A stretch of DNA of 64,000 nt from Tricharina praecox. Taxonomy: Eukaryota. How positions within the stretch are numbered: position 1 is the first letter of the stretch; each line of letters begins with the position of its first letter. Positions 1-13,814 of this stretch are shown here, one piece after another. The DNA lies in the NCBI RefSeq assembly GCF_024521635.1, contig NW_026250409.1, forward strand, positions 124,001 to 188,000, read 5' to 3'. The translations under genes were made by a program, and so were the position numbers. Under the pieces are notes generated by a model. That model worked only from the letters and a program-made list of their open reading frames with translations. It made no database searches and was not told the DNA's origin.

Positions 1-971
1 TGATTTCCAGCTTTCGTGAAAGCCATTTAGTGAAAGTACGTGGCATTACGGATGGAGTCGGTATTCAATCGCTCATGAGATCTCACTCGATTGTCGATGG
101 CCGCTCGAGCCGGTCTCTAATAAGACCACTTTCGTCGCAGGAGGGACAGTGCACCATGACCATAGCCAACGTACCTAGTCCCCTCAATCGACGTGGTGAC
201 CGCAAGTATCTTTTGTTCGCCCATAGAATCTGGGCTCCTATATACACCATCTTTTCGTTACATACAACCTACACATTCTCACTGGGGCTACCCAAAGGCC
301 CAGCAATTGTAGTCGTGGTCAACCTCACTCCTCACTCGTATGGCAAAGCCTTATGCCCGTCTGACTGAAACATTGCATGTGATTACTCAGTAAACACTCT
401 AATTGCGTAGTAATAACAACAATCAAACCACCCATCCTTTCCACCCTCCCTCTCCATCCATCCTCCCCCTCCCTCCACACACCATCACCCGCCTTCTCCC
501 CATCAAATCAAATCAAAGACGAACAAAGCAAGCCAAACCTAACAATGCTAGAGATACAAAGGGGAGTAAAAAGGAAAAGAAAAGAAAAAAAGCCATTAAA
601 CCCCCCCCCCCCCCCAATATCCCCACAAAAAAAAAGCAGAACGAACCAAGCCCGATGCAAACCCACCTTACACCCTTTCAAAAGCGCTAAAAACAGCAAG
701 AGAGAAGCAAAACAGGAAAGGGAAAGGGAAAAGGGAAAATGAAGTAACTGGAAACAAAGAAAACTAAACCAAGACTAAAGGAACTTAAGTGGATGATGAA
801 TCTTCTGAAGGAATGTCGCCAGAGGGAGTGGTCCGGCCTAGAAACGTAATAGATCCCCCGTCGTTGTCCTTCTCAAGAGAAGGACACTGCCGTTTGAAAG
901 AAAGAAAGAAAGAGATCTTGACATCATGTAGCAAATTGTGTCCTTAGTTTGTGCTATCAGACTGTCGAAGT

Positions 972-2014
972 CTACTTCTGCTCCTGCTTCTGATCATCGC
1001 CCTCGTCGGGGTCGGACTCATCATCCTCATCATCGTCGTCGTCTTCTAGGTGGATAGACAGTCAGCTTACACCATCCAATCCGCGTGACTAGCCTCGCAA
1101 CAAGCTTCAGATCCCAAGCTCACCAAACACCATGTCCTCGTCACTATCAGTCCCGCCAAAGTCGCTCTCGCTATCGCACCAGAAATCATCGTCCACCTCC
1201 TCCTTAGGCGGCGGCGTGTTGTGATGACTGGGCATCACGAACCCCTCGGGGATATCGCGCTTGCTGTTCTCGACATTTTCCTTGACGATGCGCATGTAAT
1301 TGTCGGGGTCGCGACGGAGCATCACGGAGGCATCGACATTAGCGGCAGACGAGACTTCGGCGTCGTCGAGCAACGATAGGATCGAGATCAGGACGGTAAA
1401 GATTCGTTGAGCGGGGGACCAGCGTTCCTATACATGAAGCTTTCGTCAGACCCTCAAATACAAAACCATGTGCGCGGCACGGAAGGGGGCATCAAAGTTA
1501 CCGAAGCCAGCTCGCCTGACATTTCATCATCACCAGGAGTATGGAGGATCGAAATGCATAGCTTTCCGTCCTTGTAGATGTTGGGATGGAAGAGCGGACG
1601 GATGAAGCGAAACTCTGGGGGGGCCATGGGGTAGTTCTTAGGCATTTTGAGCTCGGCCTGAATAGATAGCAACCAGTCAGCGTTTCGCAAATAATCACCC
1701 CCCTCCCACCCCTCTCCATGCAACGACGAGGAAACTTACTTTCAGATACGCCCCATAGTACAAGCTGGTCGGGTTCACAACCAGCAGCGCCACGTTCCAC
1801 ACGAAGAGGTTTCCATCCCTAGGCTGTCGCAAAGTGTCAGCCTCATGATGGGGTAGAATACAGAGCATACACCCCAGCAAACTTGCTTGCAATCCGCCCC
1901 CTCCCCCCGTCAGCATAGCAGGCATACCTCAGCGTGGACCCAGTTCTCCTTCTGTAGCTCTTTGAGCTCTGTCATGAGCATCCGCTCAGCGATTTTCCGT
2001 TCGTCTGCCGACAT
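972..2014 (-). CDS. CDC34: Ubiquitin-conjugating enzyme E2, Cdc34/Ubc3 type (5 exons)
   Basis: Spliced exons give MSADERKIAERMLMTELKEL..., NLFVWNV, YPMAPPEFRF..FHPNIYKDGKLCISILH (catalytic Cys), the acidic loop PGDDEMSGE, ERWSPAQ, ANVDAS and an acidic tail. Introns are GT-AG with CTGAC branch sites. Stop TAG at 972-974. Confidence 0.9.
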
Positions 2015-4426
2015 GTTCACTCTGTTACTGTTGTTGTTGTTGGTGGTGGTGGTGGTCAGATCCTTTGCTGCTGGGGAGTAGATAGCTGAAGATGGTGGCG
2101 GAGTCGGAGTATTTATCCAGAGACGGAAGCGGGTGAAGATGTACCGTCCGGTAAGGGGATGTGAGGTATAGCAGAGTAAGATCTCGAAGGTCCTTTCAAA
2201 GGGAAAGATTCCTTGCCGCGGTGGTCGAGATCGTCAGGGTATTGAAGGGGAGGAGGTGTCAAGTGTCGAAGGAGGTAGAGTATCGGTGTCGTGCGTCGAA
2301 GCAGGAGCAGCAGCAGCGTCAAGTAGTAAGTTAGGTCTAGGCGGGGCTGGGTTTGGTGTGTGTTGGCAAGGAATCTTTTGTTCGGTTTTCTGTGGCTCAG
2401 ATCACAGCCGCTGCATGGATTTGTCACGCGATGCACCCACCGAAAACCTATCGCTTGGCTCATCCAAAAAATTCCAGTAGTTTTACGTCGGGAGAAACGG
2501 CGGGGGAGGCGGAGGTGGATGTCATCCGTAGCTCGTCTAGGGGCTGTCTGGGCATCCGGACGTTGTGGGCATGTGCATTCTTCTATTTGCTGGTTGAGAG
2601 GCGCCGCGGACACTGGACAGTTCTGAGCCCCAGGTTGGGCGCGTTGAAACAATCGAGGGCACCATACTAACTCTTCGGCATATGTTTTATCGTCGAAAAT
2701 GCGACGCAAGAAAGCCCGTCTTCTCGTCCTGGCGGGGAGGATTGTTCGCCTAGTGGCCGGCGACTCATAGTACCAAACATCGCCGTCATCGGGGTCCAGC
2801 AAGTGGATTCAGCCGTTGTGCGGATAGTTATTTGCGCTTTCGGACCATTCAGTTTCTACGTTTGCGGCCATAGGAGAAGGGTATAGCTGCCGACCGGAAA
2901 CATCAAGGGGCTTCCAAAGTTTCCTTTCCGGTCCAAAAGCTGGAAGCGTAGAGCTTCGAGTGGTCGCTAGGTTAAGGAACCGTGTTCGGCCCCGTGGTTC
3001 GTCAGTATGATTGCAGCATTTCCGTTGGCTGCGTGACCACGGACTTGTTCGTTAGGTGGAATTGGCAGGCAGGGATACGGAGTACTTGTGTATGTATTTT
3101 TATCAGGATGCCGAGAAGCTCAAGATTCAAGCATTGATCGACGGCAGCGGGATAGATAAGTATCGGTAGTTCCGTTGGATGGTTCGGTCATGCCTTACGG
3201 CCCTGGCCGTTGCAGAGAACGGAAACAAGGCTCATGTAAAGAGAGCTTGTGGTGTCGCGCCTGGCCGAAACTGTGCTGCTTCACGATATGATTGTTTTGG
3301 ACAAACGAACGGAACCATTGGCGCGGCCAGTGATGGGCCCCGTTTAGACCAGCAAAGCGCCGCGAAGTCCCGTAGATATCTGTCTGAGTATGATGATACA
3401 TACGATGATTAAGTTAATTGAAACGATCCAAGAACCACAAGCTCTCCACGACCACCATTGCCGCCAGTGTGAACTAGGAATGGCGAGCCCTTTCCCGATC
3501 TTTCCTGCCAGCCCTACGGAGGACTGACGACAGGATTGGGCGAATTTCCGTCACGCACGACTTCTCGGTGCGAGTGATATCATATGAAAGTCAATGTCCC
3601 ACCGTCATAATTCAAACTGTTCCCCCATAGCTGGAGCTCAACTAAGTGTCTAAAATCTATCCGAAACAGACGCTCTTATGCAGGTGAAGAGGTTATGCCG
3701 ATAAAGGAGAATGGTTAGTGTTAGAGGTGCCAAGATGATCATTTGCTTCGCATCTCGCAGCTCTAGTAGAAGCACATAGGTAGGCTTGCCGATTTTGTTC
3801 GTGTTGTAGAGTATATTGTCTGCTCAAATTTTTCATGTAGATGTGCATCACACAAGTGCATACATTGGGTACACTTATGTAGGGTGCGGACCGCCATCTG
3901 TAGCTGTAGGCAGGAGATATATCCTGCATCGCATTCGCATGCATCAAGTACAATGTACCTCTTGCGCAGCCATCACTATAACCATCACCATCACCATCAC
4001 TCGCCTACACTTGATCGTCCGTTCAAGTTCATATACCACATGCAAAGTTTCATTAATAACCCCCTCCCCAAACTCAATATGTTCCAAACCCAAACCCAAC
4101 CTCCACCTGCTGCTACTGCACTCATCTCATACAAACATAGTTAGGTAGCCGATATAGCCCAATCGAAAGGAACAAGTTGGTATCGTACCCGTTGGTCCCG
4201 AAGCAAGACCAAACCAAACCAAACCAAACCAAATCAAGTGGGAAGTCAAAAAAAAGCACCCGCTTGCAAAACCAAACACAAACACAAACAAAGCACTGTA
4301 CTTGGTCATCGTAACCTCTTTAGAAAGAAAAGTACAAACCAAACGCCTTCGCCGAATGCAAAACGCGCAACGCAAGAAAACTCAAATTCATGTTTTTCAC
4401 CACTACTACCACCACCACCACTACAA

Positions 4427-7147
4427 TCACGCAGCAGTCTCACCGACCACAACTGCAGGGCCAGGGCCTCCTGCTGTTTTATCATCTTGGAAATAATTCG
4501 CATCCCCATCATTATACACCGCGACCACCTCTCCCTGGTCTCCATTTTCGCTGCCGGCCAGAGGACTAGGCAGGCGCTGCCAGCGACGGCCACGACTCTC
4601 TACGCGGAGCCTCGGGCCGAAATTGACCCAGCCCCGTCGGTCAGCGCGGTACTTAGGCGACGCTGGGGAGAATGTCGCTTTCGGGTCGATAACCGGACTG
4701 CCTTCTCTTGACGTCGGTGGGGATATCGGAGATCCAAAGCTGTGTACTGATTCGGAACTATTATTGCGGTGGTGGGCGAGATGTGGTGTTACTCCGCTGC
4801 CCATTTGTGGGGATGCAGGCGGAGACTCAAAGATCCGTACTGAGCTGTTAGTGCGCAGGTGACGGGTCAGAGGCATGGCTAGTCGGTCGTTGCGCGAGAA
4901 GAGTACTACGCCGATCGTTATCACCAGAAGGACAGTATTCAACTGGTACATGCGTTTCTGGAAGATGACTTCGTCGGCAAGGAGGGTGAGCCGTGTGCTT
5001 ATTGCGAGCATCTCTCGTTCCGAGTGAGACCGCTGTGATTCGAGTGCCAGGACTGTCGATTGCCACAGTTGATCGTATTTATCTCTCTACTTCTTGTTAG
5101 CTGTCAAGAAAAATCAATGAGGAAAAGGAGGCCTTACGTAGGTCTTCATATCCGTGAAGGCGGATGTGTTAATCGCTTCCAACAGCTGCCCCATCTTGGT
5201 CATGTGAGACTTTTCCATCTTCGCGAAGGTATCTCGCATCAGCCGGGATTGCTCTTCGATATATTGCAACGAAAGAGTCGAGTTGGCCTCCAGATGTGTA
5301 AGTCTTTTGTGCACCGATTTGAAGAAACTCTCTTGCGTGGTTGGGCTGGATGCCGGAGGTTGTGGGGAGGATGGTTTTGGCATTTCATGACTTCTCGACT
5401 CAGGTTTGGCCGGTGGTGAACCGGGGGCGACTGATGCAACCGCTGATGGTCGTGATATCGTAGTTGAACCGGACGCGATTTGAACAGCTGCCTTACTAGT
5501 GGGTACCACTACGGTCCCAGTCGACCTTGCAACCTGCGGTGGCGTGGATGGATGCGATACAGATGTCTTGGTAGGACCAGGCTGATTTTTAGGACAACTG
5601 GGGTGTCCGACTGGAAACCTGTACCGCCGATTCAGAGATTGCTGGGGTTGATGTGACGTTGTGACCGGCGAACTCGATGTCCCTACAACGGCACTGGCTG
5701 TGGGTTGTTCATCTGCCGGTGGAATATCTATCGTCTTTTCGTAGCTATTCTGTGCTGAACTCTTATTCTTCTCGGCCTCCTTATCCTCAGCAGATTTAAG
5801 AGGCTCAGCAACAGCCTCCGGCACGACATCCTCTCGGACATCCTCTTCGAAGCCTCCCCTGGCAACTGCCGCCTCATGTCTGAACTCCTCCATCATGGTA
5901 GTTCCGTGAACCCGCAACAAGCTCACCGGACAGTAATATTCTCCACCGTAATGGCTGAGGATCTCGATTTTCATATAGCGCGCCCATATCAACGGATTCT
6001 CCACCAAAAAAGCCTGGACGTCCCTGGTATTCCTGGCCACATAAGTCCCCAGTTCCTTCCATCCATTGGCTTTGACCGGATAGCGGTCGCTCACACTGAC
6101 TTTGATCTCCCTGAACACCGAAGAGAAGAACTCGAAGTTCGCCAGCACCACGGTGTCAACCAAGATATCCTCGCACAACTCTACGATGAAGAATTTGTCC
6201 TTTACACCGCACTTGTTGAGCATGTACGACTCCTTGTTCTCCGACAGGATGCTGTTGGCGCCCTTCACTCCCTTATTGAAGTTGTGGACTGTGGCAGCGC
6301 AGTCGAGTGATGCATAATTGAACCGCTCCTTACAGGTCTTTCCAGCATCTTTTGATCTCGGCATACCCGCAGCGGCTGGCACACCTGTCGCCGCAGTTCC
6401 AGAAACCTCGATAGTCCCAGCCGGAGGTCCAGGAGATCCAAACTCGAATGAGATCTCAATATCATCTCCAAGAGCATCCAGCGCGCCGTATCCAGCACCA
6501 GCCGCATTCCTTGGTTCCCGTATTCCACGTCCTTGAAACGAGTCCGAAGACTGACCGACCTTGGCGAGGTTCTGTTCCTTCCATTCTTCGAAGGAGAGGA
6601 ACTTGGTGGGTGGTTCCTCGGGGGTCTTTGGTGGTACTGGCACATCTGTTGCATCGACGGACGATAGCCAAGTAGTAGTAGACGTTCCTGACGGTGATTC
6701 GGGTCTTGGCGAGCTCCCCGGTGTCGTTCCTGAGGACGTGGATAAGGCCGGTGGTGTATCCGCAGGCACCCCGACCTTCCCTACAGCTCTTGTAGACGCC
6801 GCCGCCGCCGCAGGTGTGGAGGGGTGTTCGGAGCTCGGGTTTTGGCTAGTAGTAGACCTCGTCCTTAAGCATTGCTCCGGCAATCCTGGGGAAATGTAGT
6901 TCACGGATACTGACTGACAGGTCGCGGTACTATTCACGACAGTCGTAGCAGAAGACGCGGGCGGTGACGGCGGTGACGGCGCGGTCGTGGTAGTCCTCTC
7001 GGTGGTAGCAGTTGTGGTAGAACGGGTCTCAGGGGCGGTGGTGGTGGTGGTGGTCGTGACGGTCGTTGCGGAGGATGCATCGACGTGTACGGCGGCCAGG
7101 AGCAGGAGCTGGACAATGACCGTACGCCATTTCGGACAGGCAAGCAT
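4427..7147 (-). CDS. SLP1: SUN-like domain ER membrane protein (Slp1/SUCO family), 2 exons
   Basis: Signal-like N-terminus (ATG 7147), FLSFEEWK, RFNYASLDCAA, ILSENKESYMLNKC, VELCEDILVDTVVLANFEFFSS, YCPVSLLRVHG, QESFFKSVHKRL..LEANSTLSLQYIEEQS. Intron 5087-5137. C-terminal TM segment LLVITIGVVLF. Confidence 0.92.
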
Positions 7148-7874
7148 CTTTGAGAGTTTACGCAGTGAACGATGTTGAGGGTTTTCGCTTTTCACCCGAC
7201 CTTTGGGTACAGGTCGGGCCTTGCTTTCCTGGGGGTGGCTGCTTAAGAAGATCGTAGCTAGAGCAGGAAAGGCGAGCCGTGTGGCTAAGATGCTTCCAGG
7301 ATAGCGGGCTGTCGGTAATCGCCAGCACTAAGCTCAGAGGTGGCCAGAACGAAGGGAGGCGTGCCGTGCGCCCGTTGTGTTATGTGGAAGGGAGGGGGGT
7401 CCGGTGCGTGTGGCGGAGGAAGTGATAGGTGGTGGGAGAAGGGCATGGAGTATTTGAAGGTGTTCTCATATGTATCGGCATTACATAGGAATTCGATGGG
7501 CCGCCGCGGAGGTTCAGTTGAGATAATGAACACGGTGGAGGTGAGAACGAAACATTAGACGGCAAAAGCAACAGCCCGCCAAGCGCCAAACGAGATGAGC
7601 TCCTGACCGTTGCAATTGGCCGCGGTAGATCGATCGCGGCCATGGGTTAACGGCATGGGAAATGCAAATAACTTTTCTATATATCAGAAAATGAATGGTC
7701 CTAGAATAAACGCAAAGCACGAGGTGTATTGACTGCTAATGTGTCCTTTGCGTTTTGTGTTTTATGTTTGAACCATGCGACTCGGCATTCTCTGATAAAC
7801 AGGCAGAAGTGCTGCCTCGCCATGGATTCCTCTGCGACTACACAGGCAGTGATACTAAACATATGTACGGGATA

Positions 7875-9338
7875 TCATATAATTCCCAAAGGCTTCGGGA
7901 TCCAATTCCCCTCCCACCGCTTCCACTTCCCGGCATTCCTTGCTTCTGCCACCGTGTTCACAACCTCCACAGCTTTCGGCTTTAACCGCTGGTGTTGCAC
8001 CCTCCGAAACCGCTCTTCGAATGAATCGATCTCGGCTTCTAGGTCCTCTAGTGATCTCTTTTCTTTGGGTTTCAAAACTGTGGATTGTGATCCCACATTG
8101 AGTGCCGCCAGCTCGGCGAGAGCTTGGTACTTGGGCTTCAACTGAGGATATTCTGTTAGGAGGTGGGTGAGGAGTAGCATAGTCCTGTCACTGAGGTTAG
8201 TTCGTGCCCAGAAGAACCAAGAGAAAAGGAAGGAAGGAACCATACGTTTTGTTTGGCTGCAACAGAATCCCGCGCACCAACATCTCAATATCAATCCCCG
8301 CGCCCACAGCCCCCGCAGCCGTCTGCTTCTTATCCGTCAAATACCTTGCCCAAGTACTGATCGCCTGAACAAACTCCTCATCAGGGGTCTGCTGCTCGAC
8401 ATCCTGCGCCACCCCCGCCACCCTCAGCAACGTGGAGCTGAGCTCCTCGCTCGCCTTCAGGATCTCAACTATGGCATCAACCAGCTGCCTCACAAACCCC
8501 GGAACCAGCTTCTCCAGCTCTCCCAGAAGTGGCGTCCACAACATCTTCGCCCCCTTCATCATCTTCTCCTTCCCTCTGCCACCGGGAACCAGCGCCTTCT
8601 CCGCCAGCAGCGCCTCGATCAGCGCCTCAATCCCCTCCTCATCCTTACATATCCCGACACACTCTTTAACCACCCCGGCAACAACCTTCCCCTCCACCGA
8701 AGAATCACCAGCCGTAATCCTCCTGAGCGGATTCTCCCTCCTCGCCCTCCTCCACGCCAGCACGGCGCTCTTCGCCTGCTCAAGCCCCTTCACCGGCGTC
8801 TCACCCACCTCGCCCACGCCCGCCCAATAATTATCCGCCAACCATTTTAGTCCCCTGTTCGCAAAGACCCTGAGCACCTCTATACTCGGCAATCCCTCAT
8901 GCGTCGCCGCATGTCTGAACTCGACGAACGCGGTGGGAAGATTCAAGTTCTTTGCCAGCAGATGCATTGGCAGCGCGAACTGCGACTGCTGCGCGGGGTC
9001 GATAATTCCATTGACGAAGCGGCATATCGCCATGGAGTAGGCCATGCGGATCTGCAGGGCGTCGGCGCTGGGGAGGGAGTCGAGCAGGATTGCGGAGGTA
9101 ATTTGCGCCGTGGCTTCGATTGCGTGCGGGATCCGCGTGCGGCTTTGCCATGCTGCTACCTGCGGAGGTTAGAAGTTTTAGAGTTGTATTAAGAGTAAGG
9201 TGGTGGGGGAGTACAGACCTTGCGGACTGCGGCGGCCCAGGTCTCGGGTGTGGAGCCGTCGCCGTAGAATTGGGACTTTACGGCGACCAGTTCGTCGGTC
9301 GTCCGCCATGGCGTCGTGCGCGCCTGGTGTAGTGACAT
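7875..9338 (-). CDS. LAS1: Las1 pre-rRNA ITS2 endoribonuclease (HEPN), 3 exons
   Basis: TTPWRTTDEL, AWQSRTRIPHAIEATA, YSMAICRFVNGIID, HEPN motif RHAATH-EGLPS, C-terminal WKRWEGNWIPKPLG. Introns 9160-9218 and near 8186-8246. Confidence 0.92.
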
Positions 9339-9755
9339 CGTGCGGTGTGATATGGCGGCTGCGCGGTGGAGACAGATTGGTGGTGGTGGTTTTGGCGCCA
9401 GCGCGGTGCGGGAAGAAAGTTAACGCGTATTGTGGTGGGGCATGGAAAAAATCACCAGGTGCAGCGGAAACGTGATAGTCCCGCGTATCATCATGGGCAA
9501 TGATGCGGTCTGGCCATTGAACTCGTCAATTTTCATTAAAATTATGTACTCCCCTTAAAAAAAACATTTGCACGTCGTAGATCGTAGTCTAGAGACAAAG
9601 CTGCCTCAGAGACCAAGCAAAGGCAGGAAAAACAAACGCCTGCTGTTTATATGTGGAAAAGTAAGAAAGAAAAAAGAGATTCAAACGCCATCAATGAAAT
9701 GTCCAACAACCGAGCAATCAGTACCGTACCACCGAATTCCGATACCTAGAAACCC

Positions 9756-12700
9756 TTAAATTCCCTCGAGCCCACCACCGCTCCTCCTCCCACTTCTCCT
9801 CGGCGTCGGCACCAAGTCTACTGCACCCCTAGGCTTCTGTACTCTCGACGCCTTGACAGCCCTGGACGTTTCAACCGGCGCAGACTTATCCAGCTTCGCC
9901 CTGACAATTTTCTTCTCCATGTGAGTTTCCTCGTAGTTATATCCCAACGCCTGGCTCTGGACGAGTTGTTCCTCGGGCGTAGGCTCCAGCCGAGATGGTT
10001 CGACAGGAGTCGAGGGCGTAATAGCGGGGAGATCGGACTGGTCACCAACTTTTGAGGTGCCGGATGGAGTGCGTGAAAACACGCGCTGCTTGCCAGCCAC
10101 CGCTTTGCCTTGTAGGCGGCCCCGCGTCTTTTTGTGCGCATTGGAGGACGCCAGGAGTTCATCTTTGCCCAGCTTCCCTAGGATCTCGGATATACCGGAG
10201 AGGTTGCTGCTTTTGCGTTCTGGGAGGTTCGTTGAGCCGCCGGATGAGGAGCTTGAAATCTCATTGACTCTGGTTTCGGCGCATTCGGCGAGAGGAGTAG
10301 GTATTACGGAAGGAATGGGATCGTTTTCGCCAGTATTTCTGCGAGGGGCAGGAGACATGGGACGAGGAGATGTTGGTTCCGGACGGAAGCTCGTCTTCAT
10401 ATCCTCCAGGTGCTGTGCAAATGGCACTTTGGGAATATGAGGGAGGGGAACTGCCTGTCCAATGGCGAGGACGTTCTTAGAGTCCCCGGTATCTTTCGAT
10501 GCGGCAGTTGGCTCACCGGCGGGATGGAAACCCTTCTCATCAACTCGTGCCATTGCTTCCCGGCACTTATACAGCCAATCGCCAGTAACGATCAGGCAAT
10601 CAGCGATCGAATAAGCTATGCGGTACTCTTTTGACAGCATCAAAGGTTTACCAGGGGAAGACCAATGTACAAGATGAGTTAATTGTGTGTTCTCGTCGAA
10701 TGTGGCGAGAACCTGTGCACCGAGTTCTCTAGCAATTTTCTCCAGCTCCTCTTTACGTTTCTGACAGAGAATCAGTTAGTACTAGTAATCAAATCACACT
10801 GACCACAGGGGGATGGTTTAAAAGATAACCACAGGCACATGCCTTGAGCTGTTTGCTGACGCATACAGTGCACCCATTCAAGGTCTTCTTTCCCTCCATT
10901 CTCTTGGACTCGCCCTCACTTAGGATGCTCTGACTGGGGTTCGGTTGTTGAGGGTTTTTACCTTCACCGCTCCCATTATCGCTCGGTGGCTGAGACTCAA
11001 GTGCAGTCCTTTTACTCGCGCTTGCCAGCTCAGTTTCGGGCTTCCTCTTGAACTTGTCGCCTAGAAGGGACCCCTTGCCTGGGGGCTTGATGAGATATTC
11101 TTCGTAGGAGAGCTTTTTATGCTGCTTGAGACATTCAACCAGCCATTCTCCAGTCACCACCGAGATATTATTGGCGTGAGCGTAGCAGATCTTTGGGCTT
11201 CCATCCTCTCGTGAGTCGTTGGTTATGAGCAGTGATCTGTTCTTCCGGAGCACTTCATGGAAGTTTGCACCTGTAATGTAATTTAGCACATGTAAATCCG
11301 CATGATGAGGAAAAAGTACCCAGAAGGCGGACTAAGCGTGGATAGTACAAGAGGTCTATCCCAGTGAAATTGGTGATGCAAATGTCCATTTCTTTCATGT
11401 CTGTTGCAAGTCAGCACTGGCAACTCATCGCATCCTGCGGGAACTTTCGGACCTTCTATTGCGAACTCTTCAATTGGCATAGTCGTGAAGTCTCCCATCG
11501 GTGTGACAAATTTCTTGTAATGAAGGCATGATTCCAACCACCATTCCGTGACGGTGACCATGTCTTGATCCTCTGGTATTTTTGGACATTCGTTCACGCG
11601 CTTCTCACGGGGGACCACTACAAGCTTCCAGATGAACTGGGAAGCTGCACTCAACTCGTTGAGTGAATTGACAATGGTGCCGTCGTGGGGTACCAGCGCC
11701 GATTTGAGGGCGGCCAATTGTTTATCTTCAAACCCCCAGATCCAGAAACACGCATTGGCGAACATGCCTCCCCTCGCGGGCACCGGTCGATCTACGGCCA
11801 TGGGTTCAAAGCCCGATTCCCGGCGATCCCTTTTATCGCTGGGCACACCATCCGCCTGATTAAGGCCATCCTCCCACTCGTCCCGCTTCACTGGCTTAAC
11901 ATTCGCAGCCTGACCCACGATATCGTCCCAAAGTGATTGACTCTGTCCTCCGAGCTTGTCCTGTGTGGCTTTTCGGATCTTCCGTTTCCCACGGAACTCT
12001 GCCACCACCGTCTGCACCGAGGACTTGGAAGGCTTCGCACCGACACCAATTTCTTCCGGCGGCAATAAAGGATCGTAGCATTTTTCGTCTAGGGCCATAC
12101 CACGCTCAAGACTGTCCGCCAGCCATTCCGGTGTCACTACGGTCATTCTATGGGCTCGTGCGAATTCGTATTTCTTGCCCGTGGGCGCGGCGGCAATGAG
12201 ATGCGAGACTGCATACGTGAGGTCAGGATGGTAGGCTGCCGATTCTTGCTGACATATCTCTTCGATCCGTTTGCGTTCCGCGACTACTCTGTCTGTCAGT
12301 GCCATACCATCTCCTCTCCTCAAAGGACGTGTATCATACCATCGGCAATGCCCGTTACCGAGATCTTGAGGTTGTAGAGCACAGGCAGGCGATGCTCCGC
12401 CTCGAACATCTGCGGATCAATATCTTCACCGTCGATCCACTGCCTGTACATTGCCTCGACCCACTTCGTCGTCATTACCTTCACGTCCGGGCGCATCTTC
12501 GCCACATAGCGGTATTTGGGAGAGAAGAGTTCGCCGCAGATGAGGTGGGTAACTTCCGATGTCAGATCGAGGATGTGGCGCGCGCCCATGTCTTCGCACT
12601 GCCTTTGGATCTCGTTCTGTCGAGGGGAGTTCGTGTCAGCTCGAGTCCAGTGTGCACGTGGGAATTGAACGTACTCGTTCGGTCATCTCCACTGAGGTAC

Positions 12701-12761
12701 AACAGAGTACCATCCGGTGGAGAGGGTGGTGCGACCGCATTATCTCGGCATCGTCGGCCAT
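9756..12761 (-). CDS. DPB11: Multi-BRCT replication/checkpoint scaffold (Dpb11/Rad4-Cut5/TopBP1 family), 6 exons
   Basis: Repeated BRCT motifs: VLCCTSV..MGARHILDLTSEVTHLI..KYRYVAK..WVEA; LKISVTG..DLTYAVSHLI..KKYEFA..VTPEWLADS; VTEWWLESC; VVTGEWLVEC; IVTGDWLYKC. Confidence 0.88.
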
Positions 12762-12869
12762 GATGACAGTATGAATGGGTCCTGTGAAGATCGGTCGATA
12801 TGTGAGTTGTCGTGAGGTCACCGAAAGCGTGTTGTGAAGGTTCAAAGCTAGGATGGGATGGACGGGGCG

Positions 12870-12904
12870 ACGCGAAGTATAATTGCCAAGAGAATCTTAC
12901 GCGA
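12870..12904. promoter_or_regulatory. Two MCB/SCB-like ACGCGA elements upstream of DPB11
   Basis: ACGCGA at 12870-12875 and 12899-12904, 110-140 nt 5' of the DPB11 ATG. This is consistent with MBF-type G1/S control. Confidence 0.35.
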
Positions 12905-13814
12905 GGGCTCATTCCATAGGATATCACTCACAACTCACACCTCCACATTAGGTATAGTTAAGAAATTCCACGTAGGCATCACTTGAGACTGGACACTGGA
13001 ACCAGAGTCTCGAGCTCTATATCCGCCAAGAACCGGATTATAACCGCGATCTTTACCTCAGGTCCTTCTTCCTCTACAGACCGATCTCGATGTCGTCCCC
13101 GAAGCTTTCGGCGCTTCATCGTTAACTATAGCCGATTCTAGACTCTGGGTTTCCCCATAGCACTCCGGATTTACAGATTCAGATACAGGCATATATCGAA
13201 GTGCATACAGTTACATCAACCGTCACACGTTCCATCTTCCTTCTCCGATGATGGTGGGCTCTAACTCCGATTTATGGGGAGCGCATGGGTAGGCTTGGGT
13301 ATAAGGATTCCTGGCATGGGACTGCCAGCCCGTCTATCGCCGATCACTCGTCGGCGATAACTTTCGTGCTCCCGGAAGTAGGATGTCTATTGACCATACT
13401 CACCCGACCTATGATACCGCAGTTTTGAACGTCTGAGTCTCTCAACGGCTATCGGCGCCAACTATCCCAAGGCTTTGGGTCTAAGGGCTTAGGCGGAGAT
13501 ACGGACGATCATTAGGTTTTGTTTTCGACGTTGCGATGGCTCGTTACAGCCGTGCAGCGTAGAGTCCATACAGAGCGGGCCAGAGATGATGGAACAGCGG
13601 CCTCAGAGCCGGTGGGAGCATTGCAAGATTGAGAGGATATCCTAAATACCGTAGATCACCGTGCAAGTCATGAAGCTCTACTTAAGCCCAGGAATTCCCG
13701 CTATTGAATCGATATCAACAGCATCTTCATAGCCATCACAGCTACCACAATAACCTCAACCTCAAACCCAAGTTCAAACACTTTAAACACTTCAAGCCCA
13801 AATCCACTATCGAA

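Noticed and set aside
790..810. Box C/D-like ATGATGA...CTGA
   Set aside because: The boxes are too close together, there is no terminal stem or guide, and the site is antisense to the CDC34 3' region.
13704..13814. N-terminal extension of the SDR from the ORF track
   Set aside because: It starts at TTG and is repetitive leader sequence. ATG 13815 precedes the Rossmann motif at the normal distance.
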